A stretch of DNA of 64,000 nucleotides. Source: an uncultured bacterium (GTDB lineage Bacteria; Chlamydiota; Chlamydiia; Chlamydiales; JAJFMA01). The notes below the pieces were generated by a model, which saw only the letters and a program-made list of their open reading frames with translations, was not told where the DNA came from and made no database searches. Made by a program: the position numbers and the translations under genes. Below are positions 18,423-27,071 of the stretch, piece by piece; positions within the stretch are counted from its first letter, which is position 1, and each line of letters begins with the position of its first letter. Location of the stretch: contig CAYUJS010000002.1 in NCBI GenBank assembly GCA_964445105.1, positions 18,123-82,122 on the forward strand, written 5' to 3'.

Positions 18423-18944
18423 ATGGCCTCTATGACGCGCCCAGGTAAAACAGTCGCCGAAACAGCTGTAACCGATCATACCTACAAGGTATTTCCCAAC
18501 GACCTAAACTCTCACGGAACTGTTTTTGGAGGCATGGTCATGTCCCAGGCAGACCGCGTTGCTAACGTCGTTGCTGAACGGCACAGCGAGCGACTTTGTG
18601 TCACGGCTTCTGTCGATTCGATGCATTTTCTCGCGCCCGCGCGCAGAGGCGAAACGCTCGTCTTCATGGCCTGCGTGAACCGCGCTTGGCGTAGCTCGAT
18701 GGAGGTCGGTGTTAAGGTCGTTTCAGAAAACTACCGCACAGGTAACCGCGCGCACATACTTAGCGCCTACTTCACCTTCGTGGCCGTAGACGATGAGCAC
18801 CAGCCGTGCGATTGCGCCCCCGTCATCCCCCAATCTCCTATTGAAAAACGCCGTTTCGAAGAGGCTGGCGAACGCCGCAGGCAACGTCAAGAAGAAGCCG
18901 CGCAGCGCCGGGCCCGCCGCCAGCAGGAACCTCTTCAGTCGTAA
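18423..18944 (+). CDS. acyl-CoA thioesterase (hotdog fold, YciA/BFIT-like)
   Basis: VFPNDLNSHGTVFGGMVMSQADRVA is typical of this family. The protein has a C-terminal Arg/Gln/Glu-rich tail. Confidence 0.8.
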   Translation: MASMTRPGKTVAETAVTDHTYKVFPNDLNSHGTVFGGMVMSQADRVANVVAERHSERLCVTASVDSMHFLAPARRGETLVFMACVNRAWRSSMEVGVKVVSENYRTGNRAHILSAYFTFVAVDDEHQPCDCAPVIPQSPIEKRRFEEAGERRRQRQEEAAQRRARRQQEPLQS

Positions 18945-18954
18945 ATTAAGCCTA

Positions 18955-19986
18955 TCAATAACTCGTTGACTCTAATTTTACCTTACCTCGGAAGATCCAG
19001 TAAATCCCCAGCGTGTAGGAAATAACCAGCGGTACACCTATAAACGCCATTAACAATAAAATTTTCAGAGTCATCTCGGAAGATGAGCTATTATAAATCG
19101 TTAAACTCAGATGCTCAGGATCGTTGATCGCGCGCAGCACCGTCGGGTACATTCCCACTGCAAATAGAGAGAAGAGGAAAACCATCGAAAAGCAAGAAGA
19201 GATAAACGCCCTACCGTCGCGACCTGACTGGAGTTCCCTAGGAATATTAGCAATAGCAAACATGTTTGCCACGGCCAGCAAAAAGAAAACAGGCCTCTCT
19301 TGGATAGCTCTCGTCATGTGAGGCTGATAAATCAAAGTCGCCATCGTCGCCAAAACGTAAGTGATTATAAAGAAAACGATCGCAGGGTTAATCCAGCGAC
19401 GTGCGCGCTCGTTTAGCTCGCCCTCCGTTTTCATGGCCACATAGATCGCCCCGTGCATCATAAAGAGAGCCACTGTCATCACGCCAATCAGCAGAGCATA
19501 CGGATGCACAAGCTGCGCAAACGTGCCTGCAAACTCTTGCTCGGCGTTAAGTGGAACCCCACGGATAATGTTGCCCATGATCAGACCAAGATCGAGCGCG
19601 ATCACATAACTCGCCACGCTGAACGCTCGGTCCCAACCGCTTCTCCACCATTTCTGCGCCTGTTTACTGCGAAACTCAATGGCTACCGCACGAAAAATAA
19701 TACCCGCCAAAAGAATCATCACAGGAATGTAAAAGCCTGAGCAAAAAGTCGCGTAGATGGCGGGAAAACCAGCAAATAGAGCGCCGCCCGCGGTGACTAA
19801 CCACACCTCATTTCCATCCCAAACAGGGCCGATCGAGTTCAGCATCAGGCGGCGCTCCTGGTCCGTTTCAGCCAGTAAATGCAACTGCCCGACGCCCAGG
19901 TCAAACCCATCCAAGACAGCGTAACCCGTCAGCAAAATCACAACGATCGAAAACCAAATAAATTGTAAGTCGGATAGAAGATCCAT
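18955..19986 (-). CDS. cydB: cytochrome bd ubiquinol oxidase subunit II
   Basis: 343 aa polytopic membrane protein that begins 6 nt after the cydA stop. The N-terminus LQFIWFSIVVILLTGYAVLDGFDLGVG is CydB-like. Confidence 0.9.
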   Translation of the reverse strand: MDLLSDLQFIWFSIVVILLTGYAVLDGFDLGVGQLHLLAETDQERRLMLNSIGPVWDGNEVWLVTAGGALFAGFPAIYATFCSGFYIPVMILLAGIIFRAVAIEFRSKQAQKWWRSGWDRAFSVASYVIALDLGLIMGNIIRGVPLNAEQEFAGTFAQLVHPYALLIGVMTVALFMMHGAIYVAMKTEGELNERARRWINPAIVFFIITYVLATMATLIYQPHMTRAIQERPVFFLLAVANMFAIANIPRELQSGRDGRAFISSCFSMVFLFSLFAVGMYPTVLRAINDPEHLSLTIYNSSSSEMTLKILLLMAFIGVPLVISYTLGIYWIFRGKVKLESTSY

Positions 19987-19991
19987 ATCAC

Positions 19992-21362
19992 CTACTCCTC
20001 TTCAAAAAGTTGTCTTTGATTGTGGTAAACTAGTTCCGTATCTACCTCTGTGGGGCCTTCTTGAATTTTGTGGTTGAGAAGGTAAATAAAAAGAATTAAC
20101 AAGAAAATATAGACCAAGGAAAACAGGACTAGAGATCCTAGAATATGCCCTGCGGTAACAGACTTGGATAGCCCTTCAGAAATACGCATCAATCCGTAGA
20201 CGATCCAAGGGTAGCGCCCCATTTCAGCCGTCATCCAACCCGCCTGGTTGGCGATCTGTGGAAATACTACGATGCCCACCAAGCATTTTAACAGCAATCG
20301 ATGGCTAAACAGCTTACCGCTTCGCCACTGCACCAACGCGATTACGCTCAGCAGGGTCATGCAAGCCCAGCAGTAAAGCATGATATGATACGACTGAAAC
20401 ACCCAAGGCACCTTCGGCCAATCTTGTCTGGGAAAATGATCCAGGCCGGTCACCGCAGCAGCCGGATCACCGTGCAGCAAAATACTCAGTAACGCAGGGA
20501 TCTTAATGCCGTAATTGACCCTTGCTTCTTGGCTATCTGGCAAGCCAAAAAGGTAAATAGGAGCCTCTCCCCCTGTCTGATAAATCCCCTCCATCGCAGC
20601 CATCTTCGCTGGCTGGTGCTGTGCGACGATCTTGTCGCTCGCATCGCCAGTAACCAGCTGTAAAACGCACGAAAGCATGCAAACAACCAGCCCCACCTTC
20701 AAAGAGGTACGCGCAAAGGGCTCATGCACCCCTTTCAACAGATAGTACGCCCCCACGCTCATCGCCAAAGTCGCACCGGCTAACCAACAGCCCAATCCCA
20801 CGTGTAATAGCCGTACAACTGAAGAAGGGTTAAAGACCATTTCCCAAAAATCTACGATCTCCGCGCGCGCCATCAAGCCTTCCCCAACGATATGGTAACC
20901 AGCAGGCGTCTGCATCCAAGAGTTAGCCACCGTAATCCAAACCGCGCTAAAGTGCGCTCCAAGACAAACCATAAGTGTGGCAAAGAAATGTAATTTGGGC
21001 CCCACCCGATCCCAGCCAAACAAAAGCAATGCCAAAAATCCCGACTCAAGGAAAAAGGCAAACACGCCTTCCGCGGCCAGCGCACTACCAAAAACGTCAC
21101 CAACGAACCGTGAATAGGTCGCCCAGTTTGTGCCAAACTCGAACTCCATCACAATGCCCGTCGCCACCCCAATCGCAAAAGTTAAGGCGAAAATCTTCGT
21201 CCAAAATTTAGCCACCTGGCGGTAATGAACCTCTCCGGTCTTAAGGTATAGTCCCTCGATAATCACCAATATGACACCCAAACCTATGCTTAAGGGGGGA
21301 TAGATATAGTGAAACATAATCGTCACCGCAAACTGGATTCTGGCTAGCGTTTCAGTGTCCAT
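19992..21362 (-). CDS. cydA: cytochrome bd ubiquinol oxidase subunit I
   Basis: 456 aa with the CydA N-terminus [24 protein letters not shown], a Q-loop region and conserved His/Glu positions. Confidence 0.95.
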   Translation of the reverse strand: MDTETLARIQFAVTIMFHYIYPPLSIGLGVILVIIEGLYLKTGEVHYRQVAKFWTKIFALTFAIGVATGIVMEFEFGTNWATYSRFVGDVFGSALAAEGVFAFFLESGFLALLLFGWDRVGPKLHFFATLMVCLGAHFSAVWITVANSWMQTPAGYHIVGEGLMARAEIVDFWEMVFNPSSVVRLLHVGLGCWLAGATLAMSVGAYYLLKGVHEPFARTSLKVGLVVCMLSCVLQLVTGDASDKIVAQHQPAKMAAMEGIYQTGGEAPIYLFGLPDSQEARVNYGIKIPALLSILLHGDPAAAVTGLDHFPRQDWPKVPWVFQSYHIMLYCWACMTLLSVIALVQWRSGKLFSHRLLLKCLVGIVVFPQIANQAGWMTAEMGRYPWIVYGLMRISEGLSKSVTAGHILGSLVLFSLVYIFLLILFIYLLNHKIQEGPTEVDTELVYHNQRQLFEEE

Positions 21363-21561
21363 TTACTGCCCTCAGTGTAAACGTTAGAAGGTGCCCAGGA
21401 TTCTGGATTGCGAGACCGAAGTCAATCTAAAAACAGCAAAACGCCAACCAGATTTATTAAAATATAAATACATACATTGAACCCGCGCTGAGATATGGAT
21501 ATGACGGTTTAAAAATGCCCCGCAGGGGCTCTTTCACCAAACAGCGCCAGGATAGACAAGA

Positions 21562-22044
21562 TCAGTAAGATGATCTTAACTGTGCGATTATTTCTGATGA
21601 AAGATTGGTGGCGCGAGCAACCACCTCCGAGCTCAAACCTTCAAGAATCAGTTTTTTTGCTATTGCGATTTTTTCTTCTTCCCAACCCTTTTTATGGCCT
21701 TCTTCTAAGCCTACTAGTCGCGCGTGCTTGAGGCACTCTTTTTCAACGGAGATTTTGTCAGTCATGTCATCGTAAGCCATCAGCTGTTCGGCGGACCACT
21801 TACAGCAATCTGGTTCTGCATACGCCCTATCGATAACGTTGTCATTACCGATAGTCAGTTCCAAACCCTCCGCTTCCGTTTGCCCAGCGTTTTTGAAAAA
21901 ATAGGCCCATTTATCGACCATGGAGGCCAGTTGCTCTTTAGTTTTATTCAATTTAGAAAGCTCTAAAAATGAGAAAGAAAAATCTTTTAGACACCGCACA
22001 TGTACTTTTTCCTGTAAGAGGTAGTGGTGAGAGGGGGTGCTCTT
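21562..22044 (-). pseudogene. truncated Rpn/YhgA-like PD-(D/E)XK nuclease-transposase family gene (C-terminal half only)
   Basis: FSFLELSKL...VDKWAYFFKNA and the tail GLEEGHKKGWEEEKIAIAKKLILEGLSSEVVARATNLSSEIIAQL match the C-terminal half of this family as I remember it. The nuclease N-terminal half is absent, and the frame is closed by TAA at 22045-22047. Confidence 0.55.
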
Positions 22045-22238
22045 TTAGGCTAGGTATGGATCCGCTTCTTATGTTATAGGCCGATCAGCAAAGCGCAAAA
22101 AAGAAAACGGACACCACCCCTAAAGCATAGTACATCAACCTCTCTAAAATCATAATGTCTCCACGTCAGAAATTATAATTGCCGAGAATCGAGGGAAAAT
22201 AGAAAATCTGCCGTGACCTAGCCCCTTCGGTTTGCCCT

Positions 22239-23036
22239 ATGTTGCAGTTACTTATTCCAGCTGTTGAGATTGCCATCGTAGCGGTGTTCTTTTATTACCT
22301 TTTGTCTTTTTTTTGGAATACAAAAGCTATGGACCTCATGCTAGGGCTGGGAGCATTATTGCTATTTTTGGCAGCTGTAAATTGGCTGAAGCTACCTGTC
22401 CTACAAAAAATGTTCATCTATATCGGTAACGTGGCCGTCATCGCTCTTCTGGTTATTTTTCAGCCCGAACTGCGGCTGGCTTTGGCCAAGCTCAGCGTAA
22501 AAGGCAAAAAATTCAAAGAGATCACAGAGTTCGACCGCTTCTTAGATAGCATTGCTCAGACAGTTTACAGGTTGGCCGAAAGACGTATTGGTGCTCTGAT
22601 TGTTTTAGAAAACCAAGACTCACTCGATGACTACGCAAATAAAGCGGTCCTACTTAACGCTGAATTCAGTGCAGAGCTACTGGAGTCGATATTTAGCACC
22701 ACCACACCGTTACACGACGGCGCGGTGATTATACGCGGCACCACCCTAGTTTCGGCAGCTACTATCTTACCTCTGGCCGAGGAGAGCACACAGCTCTCCA
22801 AGTCGATGGGCACGCGCCACCGCGCCGGACTTGGGATTAGCGAATTGACCGACGCACTTATCATTGTTATCTCAGAAGAGACAGGCAGGGTTTCCATCGC
22901 ACGCGAGGGCATCATCACACGCGGCATCAAACCAGATCGTTTTAAAGGCATCGTTCGCAGTATCTTCACCCCTCCCAAGTTAACTGCACAGCAACCCGTT
23001 AAATGGCTTGAACGAATCAGAGCATGGAAAATTTGA
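22239..23036 (+). CDS. cdaA: diadenylate cyclase (c-di-AMP synthase), membrane-anchored
   Basis: Three N-terminal TM segments are followed by DisA_N motifs: GALIVLE, TPLHDGAVIIRG, GTRHRAGLGISE and SEETGRVSIA. Confidence 0.9.
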   Translation: MLQLLIPAVEIAIVAVFFYYLLSFFWNTKAMDLMLGLGALLLFLAAVNWLKLPVLQKMFIYIGNVAVIALLVIFQPELRLALAKLSVKGKKFKEITEFDRFLDSIAQTVYRLAERRIGALIVLENQDSLDDYANKAVLLNAEFSAELLESIFSTTTPLHDGAVIIRGTTLVSAATILPLAEESTQLSKSMGTRHRAGLGISELTDALIIVISEETGRVSIAREGIITRGIKPDRFKGIVRSIFTPPKLTAQQPVKWLERIRAWKI

Positions 23037-24280
23037 TACCTCACACCTTCAACCACGACTGGAAACGCAAGTTCATTGCGTTAATGGGCGCCATAGCTGT
23101 TTGGCTGTTCGTCAACCAAACGATCACTGCCACAAAAACTATCTCCAGCGTACCCATCCGCGTGATCAACTTACCCCAAGATAAGACCATTCAAGGCCTA
23201 TTGCCAAACGGCATTCTAAACCGGCGCGTCACGTTGACATTAACTGGTACAAAAGATGTCGTCGATACATTAGAGCCCAGCGATCTAGAGGTGGTCATCG
23301 ACACCGCCCATCAGCCCGAAGAGTGGGTTTTGCAAGTAAATAAAAAGAACCTTGTCAGTTTAAATCCCGAAGTGGATTTACTGAGGCACATCAAATCTGT
23401 TGCAAATAACGAGTTCGTGGTGAAGATGAGTCGCGTCATCACGCGCCCCGTACCTGTCATCATCAAACCGCCCGCGGAGGCAGCGCCAGAAGGCTACCAA
23501 TTTCTGGATATATGGCCGCAAAATCTTTCTCAAACGGTGACAGGACCAGCCGAGCAGGTCGAACAGCTAGAAGAACGCGGTTTTCATCTCACTTTCGATC
23601 TAAGCCAGATCACCAAAGCACAGCTCGACGCAATGAAAGGTTCCTCACAAACTTTCCGCGACGATGAGGTGGGCTTCATCGTTCCGGATAGCTGGAAAAT
23701 TGTAACCGTACCGTTTGAAAGCGACCTACCGCAAGCCATTAACGACCCTCGAGCGACGAACCTCCAAATAACTTTTCTACGCAAAGAATTGATCCCGATT
23801 CCAAATGAACTGCCAGTACGCGTTTTTTATCCTACGGAACTTAACAAGACCCTTAACCCCATCTCACGCCCATTAAAGCCTAGTAGTCTTATTCAACAGA
23901 CAAACGGCATGCAGTTTCTGAATCGCAAATTGCTGGCTGGTGGAGCCAGTCGTCTTTTCGTGGATATCATACGAGATAGCATAGAGATCGTCATCACAGC
24001 AGCTCCAGAGGCCGAACGCGAATTTTTGCAGTGGAGCCTAGAATTCATCAACCAACGCGAGTTAGAAGACACCTTCGTGGCCCTTTTCATGACAGATCAT
24101 TCCACACATGGCTCCGAAAATTCCGAAGCAGCTCGGAAGCGTGAAAGCCGCCTTAGAAGGCGTTTTAGAGAATACGTGCGCGAACTGACTCTCTACAGTT
24201 CGGCCAGCGACAGCCTGTCGCTTGAAGCTAAAATGACTTCTACCGGCATCGTCATCAATGATATGTCGAGCGCTCCTTAA
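23024..24280 (+). CDS. ybbR: YbbR-domain protein (CdaA regulator-like)
   Basis: 418 aa that overlaps the cdaA 3' end by 13 nt. It has an N-terminal anchor (KFIALMGAIAVWLFVNQ) followed by repeated beta-rich modules. The cdaA-ybbR pairing is conserved. Confidence 0.75.
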   Translation: MENLIPHTFNHDWKRKFIALMGAIAVWLFVNQTITATKTISSVPIRVINLPQDKTIQGLLPNGILNRRVTLTLTGTKDVVDTLEPSDLEVVIDTAHQPEEWVLQVNKKNLVSLNPEVDLLRHIKSVANNEFVVKMSRVITRPVPVIIKPPAEAAPEGYQFLDIWPQNLSQTVTGPAEQVEQLEERGFHLTFDLSQITKAQLDAMKGSSQTFRDDEVGFIVPDSWKIVTVPFESDLPQAINDPRATNLQITFLRKELIPIPNELPVRVFYPTELNKTLNPISRPLKPSSLIQQTNGMQFLNRKLLAGGASRLFVDIIRDSIEIVITAAPEAEREFLQWSLEFINQRELEDTFVALFMTDHSTHGSENSEAARKRESRLRRRFREYVRELTLYSSASDSLSLEAKMTSTGIVINDMSSAP

Positions 24281-24281
24281 G

Positions 24282-25397
24282 ATGCGCCCACGCTTAGTTC
24301 TATTGAAAGGGCAAATTGTCTCTCAGGGTGGCCTGGAAAAGTACACCCTACATTTAGCACAAGCTTTTGTGGCGCATGGCTGCGAGGTCACACTACTCAC
24401 CGCTGGGGAAACACCTCCTCTCTTTCGTGAAACATGCGAAGTCATCTCGCTGTTCCCCAAGTCACGCCTTAGCGTCCTGCACCTCTACCGCTTTGAACGC
24501 GCTTGTCAACAATGGCTAACGCGAACCCGCCCCGAAATTGTCTTTGGGTTAGACCGCAACAGTTTCCAGACGCACTACCGCGCGGGAAACGGGGTACATC
24601 GCGCCTACCTTGCCCAACGGTACTTGATGGAGCCTGGGCTCAAAAAATTCACGCTCGCGCTCAACCCATTCCACCAAGGCATGCTTCATCTGGAGCGAAA
24701 AGCCTTTGAAAACCCAAAACTACAATGCCTCTTTGCTAATTCTGAAATGGTACGTCAAGAAATTTTACAGTACTACCACATCGACCCCACACGCGTGGAG
24801 GTCATCCACAACGGCGTACAGTGGAGTCAATGGCAATCGCATTTCGACCATATTCCACAGAGAACCCAAAACGCTTTCCAATTTTTGTTCATAGGACATG
24901 GTTATCGCCGTAAAGGTCTTGCATTTCTCTTGCAAGGCCTAAGCCTGCTTAAAGACACCAACTGGAAGCTCACAGTCATCGGCAAAGACAACGCCGTCCA
25001 TGAATTTCAAGAAATAGCGCGACGGTTAAAAATAGATGATAAGGTGCGCTTTTTGGGGCCCCAGCCAAACACCATACCCTTCTATCAAGCCGCCGACGCT
25101 TTAATTGCCCCATCCATCTACGACCCCTTCGCCAATGTTACTGTTGAAGCGCTAGCCATGGGGTTGTTTGTGGTTTCCTCTGCATTCAACGGCGGTAAAG
25201 AAATTCTGTGTAAAGAATCGGGGATTGTTATAGAAAACTTGACCGACCCTGATTCCGTGTCCGCAGCTCTGGCTACTGCTCTGAAACGACCTAAGACACT
25301 TGAGCAAGCGTTGACAATACGCAGCTCAGTCCAGCACTTAGACCTTCCCCATCAGCTCAACCGAATCATTAAACAGACCCTTGCCCATGCCGGTTAA
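24282..25397 (+). CDS. glycosyltransferase, GT-B fold (family 1/4-like)
   Basis: The start is taken at ATG 24282 (MRPRLVLLKGQIVSQGGLEKY), one base after the ybbR stop. The C-terminal region has the GT1 signature (FLFIGHGYRRKG ... SIYDPFANVTVEALAMG). Confidence 0.8.
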   Translation: MRPRLVLLKGQIVSQGGLEKYTLHLAQAFVAHGCEVTLLTAGETPPLFRETCEVISLFPKSRLSVLHLYRFERACQQWLTRTRPEIVFGLDRNSFQTHYRAGNGVHRAYLAQRYLMEPGLKKFTLALNPFHQGMLHLERKAFENPKLQCLFANSEMVRQEILQYYHIDPTRVEVIHNGVQWSQWQSHFDHIPQRTQNAFQFLFIGHGYRRKGLAFLLQGLSLLKDTNWKLTVIGKDNAVHEFQEIARRLKIDDKVRFLGPQPNTIPFYQAADALIAPSIYDPFANVTVEALAMGLFVVSSAFNGGKEILCKESGIVIENLTDPDSVSAALATALKRPKTLEQALTIRSSVQHLDLPHQLNRIIKQTLAHAG

Positions 25398-26100
25398 CCG
25401 TTTTTTTATCGATCAACCGTTTGAGGCCAACCAAACAGTGCGCCTAATAGAAGAGGAGTACCGACACCTTCGCGTGCTGCGCCCCAGACCGGGAGACCTG
25501 CTAGAGCTAGTCAACGGTAGTGGACAGCTAGGTATCGCCAAGCTGCTACAACTATCTAAAGATGAAGCCCTGGCGCAACTAAAAAAAGTCTCACACGAGC
25601 AGCCCGCTGGCTATGAGCTCATTCTGGCGCAAGCCATCCCGCGCATCAACCGCCTCGACACCATTCTAGAAAAAGGAACCGAATTGGGCGTAACCCAGTT
25701 CTGGCTATTCCCCGGAGAACAAGGTGAGCGGCTGACCATCTCTTCACAACAAGAACAGCGTATGAAGCACGTCGTAACCGCTGCGTTCAAGCAGTGCGGC
25801 AGGCTATGGTTACCTAAAATCGTGCTCAAACCGCCCCTAAAAGAGTGGATGAACTTGCCAGAAAGAACCTATTTTGGCGATGTGCGACCCTCTGCATCCT
25901 TGTTCTACCAAGCGTGGAAGCCAGCACAAAGAGAGATCGCTTTTTTGGTGGGCCCTGAAGCCGGTTTTAGCGAGCATGAGCTCGCATGCCTTCACAAATT
26001 ACAAGCCGCCGGCGTATCGTTGCATAACAATATTTTACGCGCCGATACAGCTCCATTGGTCGCCTTGAGCGTCATTTACCAACTCGTAGCGGGTGCATAG
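25387..26100 (+). CDS. rsmE: 16S rRNA (uracil1498-N3)-methyltransferase
   Basis: The RsmE N-terminus is MPVNRFFIDQ...EEYRHLRVLRPRPGD..ELVNG, and the C-terminal SPOUT knot region is FLVGPEAGFSEHE...LHNNILRADTA. Confidence 0.85.
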   Translation: MPVNRFFIDQPFEANQTVRLIEEEYRHLRVLRPRPGDLLELVNGSGQLGIAKLLQLSKDEALAQLKKVSHEQPAGYELILAQAIPRINRLDTILEKGTELGVTQFWLFPGEQGERLTISSQQEQRMKHVVTAAFKQCGRLWLPKIVLKPPLKEWMNLPERTYFGDVRPSASLFYQAWKPAQREIAFLVGPEAGFSEHELACLHKLQAAGVSLHNNILRADTAPLVALSVIYQLVAGA

Positions 26101-26306
26101 AGATACGGGTCTCGCTTAAGATGGCGCTTGGCACGACCCAGGAGCCACCCTAGAGCGCTCCTGAGTTTTTTTCAGCTAATAACAGTATCTCCCACAAATA
26201 AAGAGACGAGGCTTAATAGGCGTTTATCCGCAGCCATGGCCTCTTCCCTTCGCGCGCAACCCCACACAAGTCCTGGTACCGACCTATATAGCCTTGACCG
26301 CGACCT

Positions 26307-26681
26307 CTAGACAGGATTTTGATATTCAATTGCCTGCAGAAGATGATAGTCGTTTGGGGCCGGCAGCAGCTCTGTCAGTCGCCCGTCCTGAAGCCTAAAA
26401 AAAGATAGGGTAGCCGGCCTACACGACTCGCCTCCACGAAAAATTTTATAACACACAAGTGCACAAACCGCGGAGATCACAACTAAAGCTCCGCCTACTA
26501 TGGGAGCCATCGTGCGTACAGAAGGAGGCTGACCCTCGTGGATCGCAGTTTGCGCAATTAAGTAGGCTCCGATCGGCAACGCGCCTAAAACGCAACAGAC
26601 CATAGCAAGTACAACATCCCCCCTATTCACTTGTGGCACTTCTTGAAACACTGTACGGTCGTTCTCTCCGAATTGCACCAT
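26307..26681 (-). CDS. small membrane protein with a bilobed hydrophobic domain (Inc-like candidate)
   Basis: 124 aa. Two hydrophobic segments (VVLAMVCCVLGALPIGAYLIAQTAI and MAPIVGGALVVISAVCALVCYKIF) are separated by a loop of about 11 aa, after a hydrophilic leader of about 20 aa. Confidence 0.5.
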   Translation of the reverse strand: MVQFGENDRTVFQEVPQVNRGDVVLAMVCCVLGALPIGAYLIAQTAIHEGQPPSVRTMAPIVGGALVVISAVCALVCYKIFRGGESCRPATLSFFRLQDGRLTELLPAPNDYHLLQAIEYQNPV

Positions 26682-26924
26682 AAAAACCTCACCTTTAAAA
26701 TGTTAGAGATAGAGTAACAATCCCCGTTTGCCTCGGTATCAACTGCCTAAACTGAGGTTACTCAATAAGCCGACAGGTAGCACAACCAATATTTTATCAA
26801 AAATTATTTTTAAAATAAGGTCCAGGCTTGCTGTGTGCTGGAAAAGAATTAAAGAGCTAATCGACGAGAGGCAAGGGCTACAGCAGGATCGAGCACGACC
26901 AATTAACCCCCATAATGAGAACTA

Positions 26925-27034
26925 GCCTTTCGTGCTTGTCAGCGAGCTACAGCCAGATTTGTTCCGTCAACTGGCCTTCTGTCTTGCTGTCAGCCATCTT
27001 TGAGCCTGTTTCTTTTTTTAGTGGGAGCTGCTAG
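26925..27034 (+). repeat. MITE/REP-like element, copy D (left terminus missing)
   Basis: The right end is TTTCTTTTTTTAGTGGGAGCTGCTAG. The core blocks AGCCTTTCGTGCTTGTCAGC, CAGATTTGTT and CTTGCTGTCAGCC are alignable to copies A and E. The left boundary is approximate. Confidence 0.6.
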
Positions 27035-27071
27035 CAAAAAATAAACGCTAATATTTAACGCGCAAGAAGTT

